A DNA stretch of 64,000 nucleotides from Methanomassiliicoccales archaeon (GCA_035506675.1 DATJOX010000030.1:14796-78795), one strand, 5' to 3'. Shown: positions 17,590 to 29,082, numbered from the stretch's first letter. Numbers and translations: made by a program. The notes: a model not told the origin generated them from the sequence alone.

Positions 17590-19220
17590 CCTAAATCCCC
17601 TAAGACCTTACGCATTCGGGCGACGTTTCCTACCACCACAACCGCGGGGGATCCAATCCCCTGGGCGCCGCAAGCTTCTGCAACGTTAGCGACCGTTGCG
17701 ACGACCGTCTTTTGCTCATCGGTGCTGCCCTTCTCGATCACGGCGACAGGGGTCTCCGGGTTCAACCCTCCTGCCACTAAAGATGTCATGTTGTGCGCGA
17801 GATTCGACATGCCCATGAGTATTACGATAGTGCCATCGAGCTTGGCAAGTGACGCCCAGTCGACGGTCTCCTTCTTCTTTCCAGCCGACTCGTGACCTGT
17901 TACGAAGGTTACCTGCGAAGCCAATCCCCGGTGGGTGACAGGGATCCCTGCCATTGCCGGTGCTGCAATCGCCGATGTGACGCCGGGTACAAGGTGCACC
18001 TTCACTCCGCGATCTCTCAAGAACTCTGCCTCTTCGCCTCCCCGGCCGAAGAGGAATGGGTCTCCTCCCTTCAGCCGAACGACTTTCTTTCCGGCTCTCG
18101 CCTCATTTAGGAGGGCTTCGTTAATCTCGTCTTGTTCGGCCTTGTGGTGCTTGCCACGCTTGCCCACGTCGACCAGTTTCACTTGTGGCGAGAGCTCCTT
18201 CAAGATACCTGAAGCGACGAGCGCATCATGAACGACTACATCCGCTTCTCGCAGCAATCTTGCGCCCTTGACCGTTATCAGTTCGGCGTCCCCGGGGCCG
18301 GCGCCTACAAGGAAGACCTCCCCCTCGTCCTCGGAGGCCGGTCTCGCCTCTGTCCAGCGTCGCTTTAGATTCTCAGCAAATCGTCTGAGCCTATCCCGTT
18401 CGGCTCCCGAATCAAGCGCGATCTCGTCCTCAATGGCTCGCTCGCCCCTCTCCTCGAGGATGTTTGCTCTTACTCGCAATTGCCCACCCTCGTGCCTAGC
18501 GTTGATACCGATTGGCAGATAACATCCTCCTCCGAGGGCCTCCAACACCGTCCGCTCGGCCTCCACTTCTTCTCGCGTCGGTGGGTCGTCCAGTCGGCCT
18601 AGGATCTCGCGGAACGGACTCTTTGTAGAACACACAACCGCTATCGCGCCCTGACCCGCGGAAGGCACAAACCTTGCAGGATCGAGGACGAAGTAGCTCA
18701 CGTCGAGCCCGAGGCGCTCGATCCCTGCCTTAGCGAGGATGATCGCATCGTACTCTCCCTCGCGCATCTTCCTGATCCTTGTGGGTACGTTCCCGCGGAT
18801 GTCCTTCGTCAGCAAGTCCGGCCTGACTCGTTTGATCAAAGCCGCGCGTCGCACGCTCGACGTCCCGATGATGGCTCCTTGCGGAAGAGACTCAAGCGGG
18901 GTCTCCGAAACGAGAACGTCCTCTGACGGACCACGACGAATCACTGCGGCGATCATCGTCCCTTCAGTGAGGTCGACGGGCATATCCTTCAGACTGTTAA
19001 CGGCCGCATCGATCTCCCCGGCCATTATCTTGGAATCCAGTTCTTTGGTGAATGCTCCGATCCCTCCGAACGACTTCAAGGGCCGGTCACGGACATCGTC
19101 GCCGGTCGTCTTCACCTTCACAATCTCAACATCCAGATCGGGTGCGACGTTTCTTAATCCGTCCACGACCATCTGCGTCTGGAACACCGCAAGGTTGCTG
19201 CCGCGGGTACCTATGATCAA
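17586..19220 (-). CDS. hemC: fusion protein: hydroxymethylbilane synthase (HemC) plus uroporphyrinogen-III C-methyltransferase (SUMT/CobA)
   Basis: The N-terminal ~290 aa (IGTRGS.LA..Q, GGIGAFTKELD) are HemC. The C-terminal ~245 aa (VFLVGAGPGDAELITVKG..LL..ADVVVHD, GGDPFLFGRGGEE, PGVTSA) are SUMT. Confidence 0.85.
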   Translation of the reverse strand: MIIGTRGSNLAVFQTQMVVDGLRNVAPDLDVEIVKVKTTGDDVRDRPLKSFGGIGAFTKELDSKIMAGEIDAAVNSLKDMPVDLTEGTMIAAVIRRGPSEDVLVSETPLESLPQGAIIGTSSVRRAALIKRVRPDLLTKDIRGNVPTRIRKMREGEYDAIILAKAGIERLGLDVSYFVLDPARFVPSAGQGAIAVVCSTKSPFREILGRLDDPPTREEVEAERTVLEALGGGCYLPIGINARHEGGQLRVRANILEERGERAIEDEIALDSGAERDRLRRFAENLKRRWTEARPASEDEGEVFLVGAGPGDAELITVKGARLLREADVVVHDALVASGILKELSPQVKLVDVGKRGKHHKAEQDEINEALLNEARAGKKVVRLKGGDPFLFGRGGEEAEFLRDRGVKVHLVPGVTSAIAAPAMAGIPVTHRGLASQVTFVTGHESAGKKKETVDWASLAKLDGTIVILMGMSNLAHNMTSLVAGGLNPETPVAVIEKGSTDEQKTVVATVANVAEACGAQGIGSPAVVVVGNVARMRKVLGDLG

Positions 19221-20497
19221 GACCTCACCACCCGTGGAAGCGCGGAAGCGAACGCGTCCAGGGAGTGGTCGACAACTGTCTTGTCATGAGCGGTGGACAA
19301 GAAGTTGGTCTCCCATTGTGATGGGGGCAGGTAGACTCCTGCTTCGAGCAGTTCACGGAAGAGCCTCATGAACAGTGCCGAGTCGCATTCCTTCGCCCCG
19401 GCGTAGTCGCGCACTTCCGCGTTGCAGAAGAACAACTGGAACATCGAGCCGATGCCTTGCACGCGATAATCGAGCCGCATGTCCTGCAGGATCTGCTCGA
19501 GACCGCGCCTCATCCTCTTGCCTTGTGAGTTCAGATCATCATGCCCCTTCCTTTCAAGAATCTCAATCGTCTTCATTCCTGCCGCGAGACTGAGCGGGTT
19601 GCCGCTGAAGGTGCCCGCCTGATACACCTTCCCTACTGGCGAGACCATCGACATAATCTCCCGCGAGGCACCGAAGACGCCGATGGGAAGGCCCCCGCCC
19701 ACGATTTTCCCGAGGGTGGTGATGTCGGGTCGGATTCCGTAGTACTCTTGCGCTCCGCCCATGGCCAATCGGAATCCAGTGATGACCTCGTCGAATATCA
19801 GTAGGATCGAGTTCTCCTCAGTGAGCTCCCTTAGCCCCCGCAGATAGTCCTCATCGGGGAGGATGGGACCTGCATTTCCAATAACTGGTTCCAGGATCAA
19901 AGCAGCCACCTGGTCACTCTCGGCCTTAATCAGTCTCGACATGGCGTCGAGGTCGTTGAACGGGACGAGCAGTGTGTTCGAAGTGACCTCCCCAGGGATG
20001 CCGAGTGAGTCGGGGGTGCTATGGGTCGTCGCTCCTGATCCGGCCTTTACCAGCAGAGCGTCATGGGCTCCGTGGAAGGCGCCTTCAACTTTGATTATCT
20101 TCTTCTTGCCGGTGTAGCCTCTTGCCACTCTCAAAGCATGCATGGTGGCCTCGGTCCCGGAACTCACGAAGCGCATCATTTCCATTGAGGGGTAGTATCG
20201 CGAGATCAACCTCGCCATCTCCACCTCCTTTTCGATCGGCGCGCCGTAAAGGACCCCTTGCTGTGACTGCGCTTTGATTGCCTCAACGACCTCAGCCCTG
20301 GCGTGACCCAGTATGAGAGGGCCGAAGCCCATGCAGTAATCGATGTATTCGTTCCCATCGACGTCGGTCATGTGTGCGCCTTTGGCTCTTGCCATGTACC
20401 TTGGATAAGGGGCGAATGCCCTGACCGGGCTGGAAACGCCTCCAGGCAGCAGCAACCTGGCTTCCTCGAAAAGCTCCCGCGAGATGCGACTGGTCAC
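19217..20497 (-). CDS. hemL: glutamate-1-semialdehyde 2,1-aminomutase
   Basis: 426 aa, a class III aminotransferase with the HemL pattern (SR.LFE.A...PGGV.SPVRAF, FDEV.TGFR). Confidence 0.9.
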   Translation of the reverse strand: MTSRISRELFEEARLLLPGGVSSPVRAFAPYPRYMARAKGAHMTDVDGNEYIDYCMGFGPLILGHARAEVVEAIKAQSQQGVLYGAPIEKEVEMARLISRYYPSMEMMRFVSSGTEATMHALRVARGYTGKKKIIKVEGAFHGAHDALLVKAGSGATTHSTPDSLGIPGEVTSNTLLVPFNDLDAMSRLIKAESDQVAALILEPVIGNAGPILPDEDYLRGLRELTEENSILLIFDEVITGFRLAMGGAQEYYGIRPDITTLGKIVGGGLPIGVFGASREIMSMVSPVGKVYQAGTFSGNPLSLAAGMKTIEILERKGHDDLNSQGKRMRRGLEQILQDMRLDYRVQGIGSMFQLFFCNAEVRDYAGAKECDSALFMRLFRELLEAGVYLPPSQWETNFLSTAHDKTVVDHSLDAFASALPRVVRS

Positions 20498-21471
20498 TTC
20501 GATCCTCCTCTCAGCATCTCCGCTGCCTCAAGCGCGTGATAGGTGATTATCATGTCAGCACCGGCGCGTTTGATCGAAAGCAGCGTTTCCATTATCATCC
20601 GCTCCCCATCAATCCAGCCACGTTGCGCGGCCGCTTTCAGCATTGAATACTCTCCGGAAACATTGTAGGCGGCAATTGGCACCCTGAATTCTCGTCTCGC
20701 GGCGGAGATTACGTCCAGATAGGCGAGGGCAGGCTTGACCATGATGATGTCTGCCCCCTCATTGAGGTCGAGCTCCATCTCCCTCAGCGCTTCCCTGACG
20801 TTGGCAGGGTCCATCTGATGGCTCTTGCGGTCCCCGAATTTCGGAGCTGACTCAGCCGCATCCCTGAACGGTCCATAGAAAGCCGATGCGAACTTGGCAC
20901 TGTATGCCATGATGGCGACATCCTCGAACCCCTTTTCGTCCAAAGCGGCGCGAATCGCTGCAACCTGCCCATCCATCATGCCGCTTGGCGCGATAATGTC
21001 CGCTCCCGCCCCCGCCTGGCTTTGCGCCACCTTGGCGTAGAGCCTGAGTGTCTCATCGTTCTCGATTTTACCTTTACGTAGGGCTCCACAGTGCCCGTGC
21101 GAGGTGTACTCGCAAAGGCAGAGATCTGTGACTACTGCGACGTCTGATACCCTCTTGATCTCCATTACTGCCTTCTGGACGATTCCGTTCTCATCCCAAG
21201 CGCTGCCTCCCTCTTCGTCCTTCATTGCAGGTATCCCAAAGAGGAGAACCGCCGGAATTCCCAGAGCCTCGGCCCTCTTCGCTTCCTTCGCTACCTCGGA
21301 AAGCGGCAACGCTTCCACCCCCGGCATCGAAGGGATGGGCTTGCGCTTGCGAATCCCCTCGTTCACGAAGAACGGGTAAATGAGATCGTTCTGGGTGAGC
21401 ACAGTCTCACTGACCATCTGCCTAGTCTTCGGCCGCATGCGCAGTCTTCGCATTCGGTTCTCTGGGAACAT
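20494..21471 (-). CDS. hemB: porphobilinogen synthase (ALA dehydratase)
   Basis: 325 aa with RMRRLR, LIYPFFV, an active-site region and ITY.A at the C-terminus. Confidence 0.9.
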   Translation of the reverse strand: MFPENRMRRLRMRPKTRQMVSETVLTQNDLIYPFFVNEGIRKRKPIPSMPGVEALPLSEVAKEAKRAEALGIPAVLLFGIPAMKDEEGGSAWDENGIVQKAVMEIKRVSDVAVVTDLCLCEYTSHGHCGALRKGKIENDETLRLYAKVAQSQAGAGADIIAPSGMMDGQVAAIRAALDEKGFEDVAIMAYSAKFASAFYGPFRDAAESAPKFGDRKSHQMDPANVREALREMELDLNEGADIIMVKPALAYLDVISAARREFRVPIAAYNVSGEYSMLKAAAQRGWIDGERMIMETLLSIKRAGADMIITYHALEAAEMLRGGSK

Positions 21472-22729
21472 GCTTGTCTGCCTCCACCTTAAACAGTTCT
21501 TTCACGAGCTCGGAGTAGCGCACATCCCCATCATGCGCCGCCCCCTTGAGCACCTGCGTTGGATCAGCGAGGAAGCGGTAGATGAGCGAGTTCGCGAAAT
21601 CCTCCACCACGTTCTCTGATGTCTCGCCCGCCTTTATGCGGTTCAGCGCCTTGCGCACCTCCCGCTCCTTGATGTCATTGAATTTCTGGTAAAGTGAGCC
21701 GATGGCAATCTCCGCCGCCATTTCGTCCAGCCTCTTGGACAATACCTGAAGCTCTTCGCCGATGATGCGTTCAGCGTCCTTCACCTCGCCCTTCCGCTTG
21801 ACGATGTTGTCCGCCGCGACGCCGCGAAGTCCGTCAATGTCATAGAGTTCGACACCGGGAATATCGGCGACATCAGGCGCCACGTTCCTTGGCATGCTTA
21901 CGTCGATTATCATCAACTTCCCTCGACCGTTGCGGATCTCCATCGCGGAATCGATGTGTCGCTTCTCAAGAATCATGTGCGTCGCTGATGTCGCGCACAG
22001 CACCACATCGCTTTGAGCGAGGAATTCCAAGAGTGAATCAAAGCGCACTGCCTTCCCGTTCAACGCGAACGCGAGTTCCACCGCCCTGGAGTAGGTGCGA
22101 CTAGAAACGAATACCGCCTCCGGCTCCTTTCCGATGAGGTGCCTTGCCACAAGGGTGGCCATCTCTCCGGCCCCGATTACTAGCACGTTCCGCCCCTTCA
22201 GCGGTCCGAGCTTCGATTCCGCGAGCTCCACAGCCGCGCTGCCAACCGAGACGCAGCCCTTGCTCAGTCTCGTTTCCGACCTGACCTTCTTGCCGACGCT
22301 GATCGCCTTCCGGAAGACTATGCTCAAGATCGGTCCGATGCATCCATCGCGACAAGAAACGTCAAAAGCCTCCTTAACCTGCGACTGGATCTGGTCCTCG
22401 CCGATTATCATCGACTCGAGGCCTGAAGAGACGCGGAGGAGATGTCTTATCGAATCGTTTCCCGAAAGAAACTGCACAAGATTCTGGTGGCTGTCATAGG
22501 GAATGAATGAGTTGACGAATACCTCGAGTTCGCGCCTTGTCGCTTCCCAGTCATTCGTCACCGTGTAAATCTCGACTCGATTGCATGTCTTCAGCACGAC
22601 GCACTCTCTGACCCCCTGCATCTTGCGCAGCGCGCTAAGGAGATAGAACACGTTTCGGCTGCCTATCAGCTCAAGCTTCTCCACGCCAACGCTTTTGTGC
22701 GTAATGTGGGCGCTAAGGATTGCGTCCAA
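21422..22729 (-). CDS. hemA: glutamyl-tRNA reductase
   Basis: 435 aa with [23 protein letters not shown] and VIGAGEM motifs. Confidence 0.9.
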   Translation of the reverse strand: MDAILSAHITHKSVGVEKLELIGSRNVFYLLSALRKMQGVRECVVLKTCNRVEIYTVTNDWEATRRELEVFVNSFIPYDSHQNLVQFLSGNDSIRHLLRVSSGLESMIIGEDQIQSQVKEAFDVSCRDGCIGPILSIVFRKAISVGKKVRSETRLSKGCVSVGSAAVELAESKLGPLKGRNVLVIGAGEMATLVARHLIGKEPEAVFVSSRTYSRAVELAFALNGKAVRFDSLLEFLAQSDVVLCATSATHMILEKRHIDSAMEIRNGRGKLMIIDVSMPRNVAPDVADIPGVELYDIDGLRGVAADNIVKRKGEVKDAERIIGEELQVLSKRLDEMAAEIAIGSLYQKFNDIKEREVRKALNRIKAGETSENVVEDFANSLIYRFLADPTQVLKGAAHDGDVRYSELVKELFKVEADKHVPREPNAKTAHAAED

Positions 22730-23342
22730 TGGATCCCTCCAGCTTCTGCATAGCCAGGCTCATTGCCTTCTTCTTGTCCAATCTCAGTTCTTCCCAGATC
22801 ATGTTGTCTTCAAGTATCATGCGTAACAGCCGCTCTCTTTCCGATTGTTGTCCAATTCTGCGTTTCGCAATCACACGCATATCGCGTTGCAGATCGACCA
22901 TATCTTCGCATCCCTCGGGTAACCCTTCCTGGACGCGTAGACTGAGGAAGCGTGCCATCGCAGGACTGTTGCCCATTGTTGAAATCGCAATCGTGAAGTT
23001 ACGCTTCTGCACCGTGGATGGAATTATGAAGGACGATATGCCATCCGCTCGGTTGCATGGCTTGCCAAGATCAATCGCGATTGCGCAGATGCGTCCATTC
23101 AATTCAGTATCGTCGGTTGCCGCCACGACGAAATCGGCTCCTTCGATCCAGGGCCGAGGATCACTTGAAGCATCGGAGCGAATCAACTCGATCTGAGTAT
23201 TTTGGAAGGCCTTCACGAAATCGAGGCTAATCACAGCGACCCTCGCCTCGGATGCGAAGTAACTCGCCTTACGGAATCCTACTTCTCCGCCACCGAACAC
23301 GACGATTCTTTTACCGACTAGATCCAAGAATAACGGCAGCAA
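22713..23342 (-). CDS. sirC: precorrin-2 dehydrogenase / sirohydrochlorin-forming SirC (CysG N-terminal domain type)
   Basis: LPLFLDLVGKRIVVFGGGEVG is the typical N-terminus. TTG at 23342 gives 209 aa; the ORF formally opens at ATG 23474. Confidence 0.7.
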   Translation of the reverse strand: MLPLFLDLVGKRIVVFGGGEVGFRKASYFASEARVAVISLDFVKAFQNTQIELIRSDASSDPRPWIEGADFVVAATDDTELNGRICAIAIDLGKPCNRADGISSFIIPSTVQKRNFTIAISTMGNSPAMARFLSLRVQEGLPEGCEDMVDLQRDMRVIAKRRIGQQSERERLLRMILEDNMIWEELRLDKKKAMSLAMQKLEGSIGRNP

Positions 23343-23470
23343 ATCAATCGGCCTCTTTCGAATCCGTTTAGAGTTTCCTAACGACTCCTTGTTGTCGGCA
23401 ATGCGCTCAAGATATAAGGGCAGTGCGCGTGACGAGACGCAAACGTGTACTAATCTCTTGGAGGGATAAA

Positions 23471-23500
23471 CCATCCATCAAAGGATGGATAATCCATCCA
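23471..23500. promoter_or_regulatory. palindromic ATCCATC/GATGGAT cluster in the divergent hem/cfb intergenic region
   Basis: GGATGGAT-A-ATCCATCC (23483-23499) is a perfect 8+8 palindrome. A further ATCCATC lies at 23473-23479. Confidence 0.35.
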
Positions 23501-23594
23501 TTATTGCCAGCATTCGGAGTTCCAAACATATTTATCATGAATGCCCATTACTGCAAGCTGCCCTTAGGGGGCGAATTCGAGGGAGAAATCGAGG

Positions 23595-23993
23595 ATGAAA
23601 TCGGGAGTCTTAGTGGTCGGACACGGAAGCAAATTGGAGTACAACAAGAACCTCGTAACGCACATGGCAGAAATTCTCAACAAGAGAGGGGAATTTGGTC
23701 CTGTCGTAGCTGCATTCATGCAGCTCAACCAGCCCGACATCAAGACTGGTATCAAGACCTTGGCGCATTTGGGAGTAGATACGATCTACGTGCAGCCATG
23801 CTTCCTCGCATCCGGAATCCATCTCACAGAGGATATCCCTGGCGAACTCGGATTCAAGAAGGGGGACATCGAGGGAAAGATGAGTGTCGAAGGGAAGACC
23901 ATTGCTCTAAGATATTGCGGCCCAATCGGGAGCGACGACCGTATCGCCGATATCCTGGCCGATCGCATACACGAGAGGATGAAGAAGGTCTAG
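23595..23993 (+). CDS. cfbA: sirohydrochlorin nickel/cobalt chelatase, small CbiX type (CfbA)
   Basis: 132 aa. VLVVGHGS...QP.FL..G.H...DIP is the CbiX(S)/CfbA pattern, in the context of the cfb genes. Confidence 0.85.
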   Translation: MKSGVLVVGHGSKLEYNKNLVTHMAEILNKRGEFGPVVAAFMQLNQPDIKTGIKTLAHLGVDTIYVQPCFLASGIHLTEDIPGELGFKKGDIEGKMSVEGKTIALRYCGPIGSDDRIADILADRIHERMKKV

Positions 23994-23995
23994 GT

Positions 23996-25285
23996 TTGAG
24001 GGTCTTGTTGCTGGACCTGACCCACGGCGCTTCTATCTTGGCACAAGAGTACCGCCGACAAGGCAACCAGGTCACCTGTGTCGACGTCTACAGTACTGCG
24101 GGCGGATCACAGCTGAGGAATCTCAAATCGCAAGGCATACGAGTGTTGGACGATGCCCCATCCGAGGAATTCGATCTACTCGTGTCACCGATCCACTGCC
24201 CAGACTCGTACATCGGGAATGCGGCATTCAAACGAAGAATAACACACCACGAGGCGGCAGGGGAACTTGCGCAGTTCGAACGCCCAACCATCGAGGTGAC
24301 AGGCGCAGGAGCCAAGACCAGTACTTGTCATGTTATCGCTCACATGCTCACCTTCGCCGGGCTCAGAGTCTTCTTGCTCACAAGCAGCGGAATTTCGTTG
24401 GTCAACAAGGGGCGCGTTGAGATTATCCATAATCATTCGTCAATCGCCCCGGCGTCGGTGCTCGAAGCGAGCCTGATGAAAGTGGACTACGACTGGGGTG
24501 TGTTCGAGGTATCGCTCGGCGGTACTGGAGCAGCTGATGTCGGAGTTATTACAACCCTCGGAAACGACTACCCAATTGCGAAGGGTACCAGGAGTGCATA
24601 TGACGGGAAGTCCCAGATGGTTCGCCTCGCAAAGAAACGAGTCGTAGTGCCAATGGTGGAGGTTGGTGTTTGGAAACCCCTTCTTGAACCTGGAGTCGAA
24701 ATGACGACTTTCGGGATTGACGGGGACGTCGAACTCATGATTCCGAGGGGGCTTCAACTCGAATCTGGCACGCAAGCGCGAATCAGAACTTCCGACATTG
24801 AGGAGAGCATCGATCTTCCTGGCGGCTACCTAATCCCGGCATACCTCACCGCTTTGAACGCGTCCCTTGGGGCTATCTCAGCCTCGGGAACAAGCATGCA
24901 CGCGGCAATCAATTCCCTGAAAACGTTTCGAGGGGTACCTGGACGAGGAGAAGTGCACAAGGAGGATGATTGCTGGGTCATAAGAGATCGAAACCCAGGC
25001 GTGAGCGCCGCATCGCTTGACTGGCTCTTACGTGTGCTCGAAGATAGCTACGGCATCAATGATATCGGCGTTGTCATCGACCCAGTAAGTCCCAAAGTGT
25101 GTGAGAAACTCGACCTAGAACAAATGTCCTCGGCGATGGATCACTATCGGAGCGTCTGTGGGCGATACTTGCTCGGATCGGACATGAAAGAGAGGCGCAT
25201 GGGGTTCAGGAACATCCGCAACGTGTCAGAAATCAAACGGAATCACAAAGCGCTCCTTTGGTGCACCAAGGAGGGATACGTTTGA
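23996..25285 (+). CDS. cfbE: coenzyme F430 synthetase (Mur-ligase-like, CfbE)
   Basis: Mur-ligase P-loop VTGAGAKTST. It is the inner part of the 620-aa ORF 23423-25285, with a TTG start at 23996, 2 nt after the cfbA stop. Confidence 0.75.
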   Translation: MRVLLLDLTHGASILAQEYRRQGNQVTCVDVYSTAGGSQLRNLKSQGIRVLDDAPSEEFDLLVSPIHCPDSYIGNAAFKRRITHHEAAGELAQFERPTIEVTGAGAKTSTCHVIAHMLTFAGLRVFLLTSSGISLVNKGRVEIIHNHSSIAPASVLEASLMKVDYDWGVFEVSLGGTGAADVGVITTLGNDYPIAKGTRSAYDGKSQMVRLAKKRVVVPMVEVGVWKPLLEPGVEMTTFGIDGDVELMIPRGLQLESGTQARIRTSDIEESIDLPGGYLIPAYLTALNASLGAISASGTSMHAAINSLKTFRGVPGRGEVHKEDDCWVIRDRNPGVSAASLDWLLRVLEDSYGINDIGVVIDPVSPKVCEKLDLEQMSSAMDHYRSVCGRYLLGSDMKERRMGFRNIRNVSEIKRNHKALLWCTKEGYV

Positions 25286-26367
25286 CCGACGTACTCCATC
25301 CCCGCCCGAATCCAATTGTCGCCGCTATGTATACCCTTCGCGACCTGGATGCTGATGTCGTCATCATTCACGGGCCTGCGGGGTGTGGGTTCATGGCCTC
25401 GAGGAGGCTGGAGGAGGCGGGGGTCAGGGTCGTCACAACCGGAATGAGGGAAGGGGATCTGATCTTTGGAGCCGAAGAGAAGCTCATCAACGTCCTTATG
25501 CATGTCGAGAAGGAGTTCCATCCGAAGCTGGTGGGGATCGTAGGCACCTGCGCCAGCATGATAATCGGCGAGAATCTAGACTCGGCGATCAAGAAGGCGA
25601 AGATTCAGGCTACAGTAATTCCAGTTGACATACACGGGTGCGCCGGCCCGAACACATCCGGTGCGATCAGGACCCTCGAGGTGGCGGCGCAACGAGGCGT
25701 AGTCCCTCAAGAGGAGATGGAACGCCAGAGGGACATGCTGAACCGCGCAACCCTACTGGAACAGGAAAAAGGGATGACCTCGAGAACATATCTCGAACCG
25801 CACAATGGCGCGACCAAACTCGAGGTGGCGCTTGAAGTCGTCTGCACCTTGCGCAGGGGCATGAGCGTCGGTGTTGTCTTGAACGCGAAGAAGGAGACAG
25901 CGTTTGGATTCGCGGATGTGATGCGCGCGGTAGAATATGCACGCAAGAAGGTGGGGGGCCGAACTGTTCATTTGGGCAATCTCGCCCTTGGTGTTGGACT
26001 GCCCCGCATCAGGCGTTACGCGGCAGAGATAACACGCGACCTGCAAGCGGCCGGTGTCGATCTATCCTGCATAACCGGTGGACTAGACGAATACCCAGTC
26101 GCAGGTGAGATTGCTGCGCACTTTCTAGATGAGAGGCCGGTCGATCTTCGGGTCATCGCCGGGCTACCGCACGCGATCCCGGGAATTAGGGCGGATGACG
26201 TGCTCGTCACAGATCAGCCGAGAGAGCTGCGCAACTTGATCGACCGGGGGTTTGCCCGCTCAGTCGGGGAAATCAACACCCATGCCCAGGTCATGAACGC
26301 CCATTCCATTCTCCCGAACGAGCTGGGGCAGACGATTCGGCAAGTAGTGGACGGGGGCCTGGCGTGA
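25282..26367 (+). CDS. cfbD: Ni-sirohydrochlorin a,c-diamide reductive cyclase, NifD/NflD-like subunit (CfbD)
   Basis: Nitrogenase-component-1-like ([10 protein letters not shown]). The start is TTG 25282, overlapping the cfbE stop, or the upstream in-frame start at 25258 where the ORF opens. Confidence 0.75.
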   Translation: MTDVLHPRPNPIVAAMYTLRDLDADVVIIHGPAGCGFMASRRLEEAGVRVVTTGMREGDLIFGAEEKLINVLMHVEKEFHPKLVGIVGTCASMIIGENLDSAIKKAKIQATVIPVDIHGCAGPNTSGAIRTLEVAAQRGVVPQEEMERQRDMLNRATLLEQEKGMTSRTYLEPHNGATKLEVALEVVCTLRRGMSVGVVLNAKKETAFGFADVMRAVEYARKKVGGRTVHLGNLALGVGLPRIRRYAAEITRDLQAAGVDLSCITGGLDEYPVAGEIAAHFLDERPVDLRVIAGLPHAIPGIRADDVLVTDQPRELRNLIDRGFARSVGEINTHAQVMNAHSILPNELGQTIRQVVDGGLA

Positions 26368-27155
26368 GGCAAATCGCGATCTACGGGAAGGGCGGCATCG
26401 GGAAGTCAACGATCTCCGCCAACGTTGCTGCCGCGATGGCCGAAAAGGGCCTCGTGACCTGGTACGTGGGATGCGATCCGAAGAGCGATGGCTCAATGAC
26501 GCTCATGGCCGGAAGGAGGATCGACACGCTCTTGGAACAAATGAAGAACCAAAGCGAATCCCGCTATGAGATATGCACTGGTTACGCGGGCGTCCGGTGC
26601 GTCGAGATCGGCGGCCCGCTGGCAGGAGTGGGATGCGCCGGTCGGGGAATAATTGTCGCCTGCCAGGCGCTCAGGAGAGACTACTTTTCGAAGGAGAGCA
26701 TCGACGTCATAATCTACGATGTCCCCGGTGACGTTGTGTGCGGCGGCTTCGCGGCGCCATTACGTGAAAGGTTCGCGGATGAGGTTTACATCGTCACCAG
26801 CGGCGAGTACCTGGCTCTATTCGCTGCGAACAACATCGCCAAGGGATTGAAGAATCTGAACATTAGGCTCGGTGGAATCATTTGCAACTCTCGCGAGGTA
26901 CCGAACGAGGAACAGGTCTCCAAGGAGTTTTCTCGGAAGATCGGCACGGCCTTCACCGGCTTCATACCAAGGGACCCCATTGTCAGAGAATGCGAAAACA
27001 AAGGCGAGACCGTAATCGAGTGCGTGCCGGGGAGCAAGCAGGCAGAAGCATATCGGAGGCTCGCTGATTCCATTTTGAGTAACGAGAGATTCACAGTACC
27101 CGAACCAATGGCGCCCGAAACAATAAGGGAAATGCTGAGGGAACTGGGATCATGA
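26364..27155 (+). CDS. cfbC: Ni-sirohydrochlorin a,c-diamide reductive cyclase, NifH-like ATPase subunit (CfbC)
   Basis: [14 protein letters not shown]-loop and cluster cysteines in GVGCAGRG and DVVCGGFA. It has 4-nt overlaps with both neighbours. Confidence 0.85.
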   Translation: MRQIAIYGKGGIGKSTISANVAAAMAEKGLVTWYVGCDPKSDGSMTLMAGRRIDTLLEQMKNQSESRYEICTGYAGVRCVEIGGPLAGVGCAGRGIIVACQALRRDYFSKESIDVIIYDVPGDVVCGGFAAPLRERFADEVYIVTSGEYLALFAANNIAKGLKNLNIRLGGIICNSREVPNEEQVSKEFSRKIGTAFTGFIPRDPIVRECENKGETVIECVPGSKQAEAYRRLADSILSNERFTVPEPMAPETIREMLRELGS

Positions 27156-28513
27156 ACGTTCGCAGGGTGGTAATCGCGGGCGTAGGAAGCGGCGTAGGTA
27201 AAACCACCATCGCGACTGGCATCATGGCTTTGCTCTCAAGACAATATCGCGTTCAGGCGTTCAAAGTGGGTCCAGACTTCATCGATCCAATGTATCACTC
27301 AGCAGCAACGGGCCGTCCCTCACGCAACCTCGATTCCTTTTTCATGGATGGACCGACGCTCGAGAACCTGTTCGGATGGGCTTCCCGAGATGCAGACATC
27401 GCGATCATCGAAGGAGTGCGTGGACTATACGACGGACTCACTTCAACAGGGGATGTGGGATCAACCGCTGAAATCGCCAAGATGCTCGACGCGAGCGTGA
27501 TCCTTGTGCTAAATGCGCGCTCTCTCGCCAAGAGCGCAGCGGCTCAGGTACTGGGATTCAAGATGCTCGATCGGCAGGTTAGGCTTGAGGGCGTAATCCT
27601 CAACCAGGTGTCTGGGCCACGCCATCGACAGAAAGCGATCGAAGCAGTCGAGCAGCTCACTTCGACCCCTGTCATCGGAGTCGTGGAACGCAGGAATGAG
27701 AGCTTCCCAGAACGCCATTTGGGACTAGTCACGATGCCCGAGAGAGACGCCGCTGAAACCATTGCGACAACCAAGGAATACGCAGCAGGGGTAGACCTAG
27801 ATCAGCTAATGGCCGCGGCGGAGAACCGTGGAGAGCGTAGCTTTCCAGAAGCATGCCCATTCATCCAGGAAGACGGCCCACGAGTCAAGGTTGGCGTCCC
27901 TCGTGATCGAGCGTTCTCGTTCTATTACCCTGAGAATATCGAGTCGATGCGAGCAGCTGGCGCTGAGATTGTGGAGTTTCACCCTACCGATGGAGATGGA
28001 CTACCAGAAGCCGATTCGTACTACTTGGGGGGTGGATATCCAGAGGTCTACGCGTCGAGACTGAGCGACAATACGGACTTCCTGGATGGGCTGAAGACGG
28101 TCTCGGACCAAGGAAGACTTGTTTATGGTGAGTGCGGTGGTCTGATGGTCCTGTGCACCTCGATTTTGGATGGGAGGTCAGAGCACCCGATGGCGGGAGT
28201 CTTTGAGTCGAAAGCTGAACTTACTCTTCATAGACAAGGACTGGCTTATGTCATGGCCCGTGCAACTGCTGACAACTTTGTTTTCCAAGGGGCCGAAATA
28301 CGAGGTCACGAGTTCCACTATTCGAAGCTTGTGCCGCTTCCTCGGGGCCCCTACGCGTACGACGTGAAGAGGGGCACGGGAATCGATGGCAATCACGATG
28401 GGATCCTGAAGAACCATACGGTTGGCACCTACATGCATCAGCACGCACTCGCGAACAAGGAGTGGGGGCGCGGTTTCATCAGAGCGACTATCGATTCGCT
28501 TGCAGGACGTTGA
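27152..28513 (+). CDS. cfbB: Ni-sirohydrochlorin a,c-diamide synthase (CobB/CbiA family, CfbB)
   Basis: 453 aa with [11 protein letters not shown], an [10 protein letters not shown] motif and a C-terminal glutamine-amidotransferase part ([15 protein letters not shown]). Confidence 0.85.
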   Translation: MNVRRVVIAGVGSGVGKTTIATGIMALLSRQYRVQAFKVGPDFIDPMYHSAATGRPSRNLDSFFMDGPTLENLFGWASRDADIAIIEGVRGLYDGLTSTGDVGSTAEIAKMLDASVILVLNARSLAKSAAAQVLGFKMLDRQVRLEGVILNQVSGPRHRQKAIEAVEQLTSTPVIGVVERRNESFPERHLGLVTMPERDAAETIATTKEYAAGVDLDQLMAAAENRGERSFPEACPFIQEDGPRVKVGVPRDRAFSFYYPENIESMRAAGAEIVEFHPTDGDGLPEADSYYLGGGYPEVYASRLSDNTDFLDGLKTVSDQGRLVYGECGGLMVLCTSILDGRSEHPMAGVFESKAELTLHRQGLAYVMARATADNFVFQGAEIRGHEFHYSKLVPLPRGPYAYDVKRGTGIDGNHDGILKNHTVGTYMHQHALANKEWGRGFIRATIDSLAGR

Positions 28514-28542
28514 GAGGCAACCCGGCCCATGATTCAGGCATA

Positions 28543-28971
28543 TCAATCGTGCCTGTGGTCGGTGACTTCTCCGGCCAGCAGAACGGGCTCTGTCGTGAGA
28601 ACGGATTTCACTGAAGCCAGACCCTCGTGCAACGCCCTCACCGTCCCGAGACTTCCGTGCACGACAAGCACTTCGAGGCACTTCTCATTGTCCAGGTGCA
28701 CGTGAATCGCTGAGGTAATCACACCATGGTAGTGATGCTGAACGTCTGTCAGGTGATCCTTGACGCTTCCTCGGTTGTGATTATAAAGTAGTGTTATCGT
28801 TCCCACGGCGTGAGCCTCGTTGTCCTTGATTGATTCCTGTACGAGAACCTTTCGTACAAGATCGCGGATGGCCTCCGAGCGAGTGGCGAAGCCTTTCTCT
28901 TGAATGAACCTGTCGAATTCCTCGAGCAGCTTGGGTTCAAGTGATACGCCAATCCTGGTTACCTTTTCCAT
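28543..28971 (-). CDS. nikR: nickel-responsive regulator NikR
   Basis: 142 aa with an N-terminal RHH (RIGVSLEPKLLEEFD, RSEAIRDLV) and a C-terminal metal-binding domain carrying His/Cys ligands (HHYH, HVHLD, C). Confidence 0.85.
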   Translation of the reverse strand: MEKVTRIGVSLEPKLLEEFDRFIQEKGFATRSEAIRDLVRKVLVQESIKDNEAHAVGTITLLYNHNRGSVKDHLTDVQHHYHGVITSAIHVHLDNEKCLEVLVVHGSLGTVRALHEGLASVKSVLTTEPVLLAGEVTDHRHD

Positions 28972-29082
28972 TAGGTTGTCGTACGGGGTTTCTGGCTCAA
29001 AAGGGTTGCCTTCACTTTTCCCTTCGACTTGAGCTAACTGCTGTTATGGCGTCTGCTCGTGCTCTCATGCCGAATGATTGAA

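Noticed and set aside
23423-23995. N-terminal 190 aa of the 620-aa ORF 23423-25285
   Set aside because: This part overlaps cfbA in another frame and is not protein-like. The Mur-ligase-like protein starts plausibly at TTG 23996, right after the cfbA stop.
23991-24001. Possible amber read-through (pyrrolysine-style) at the TAG stop of cfbA
   Set aside because: A TGA follows two codons later in the same frame, and CfbA is full length at the TAG. There is no evidence for recoding.
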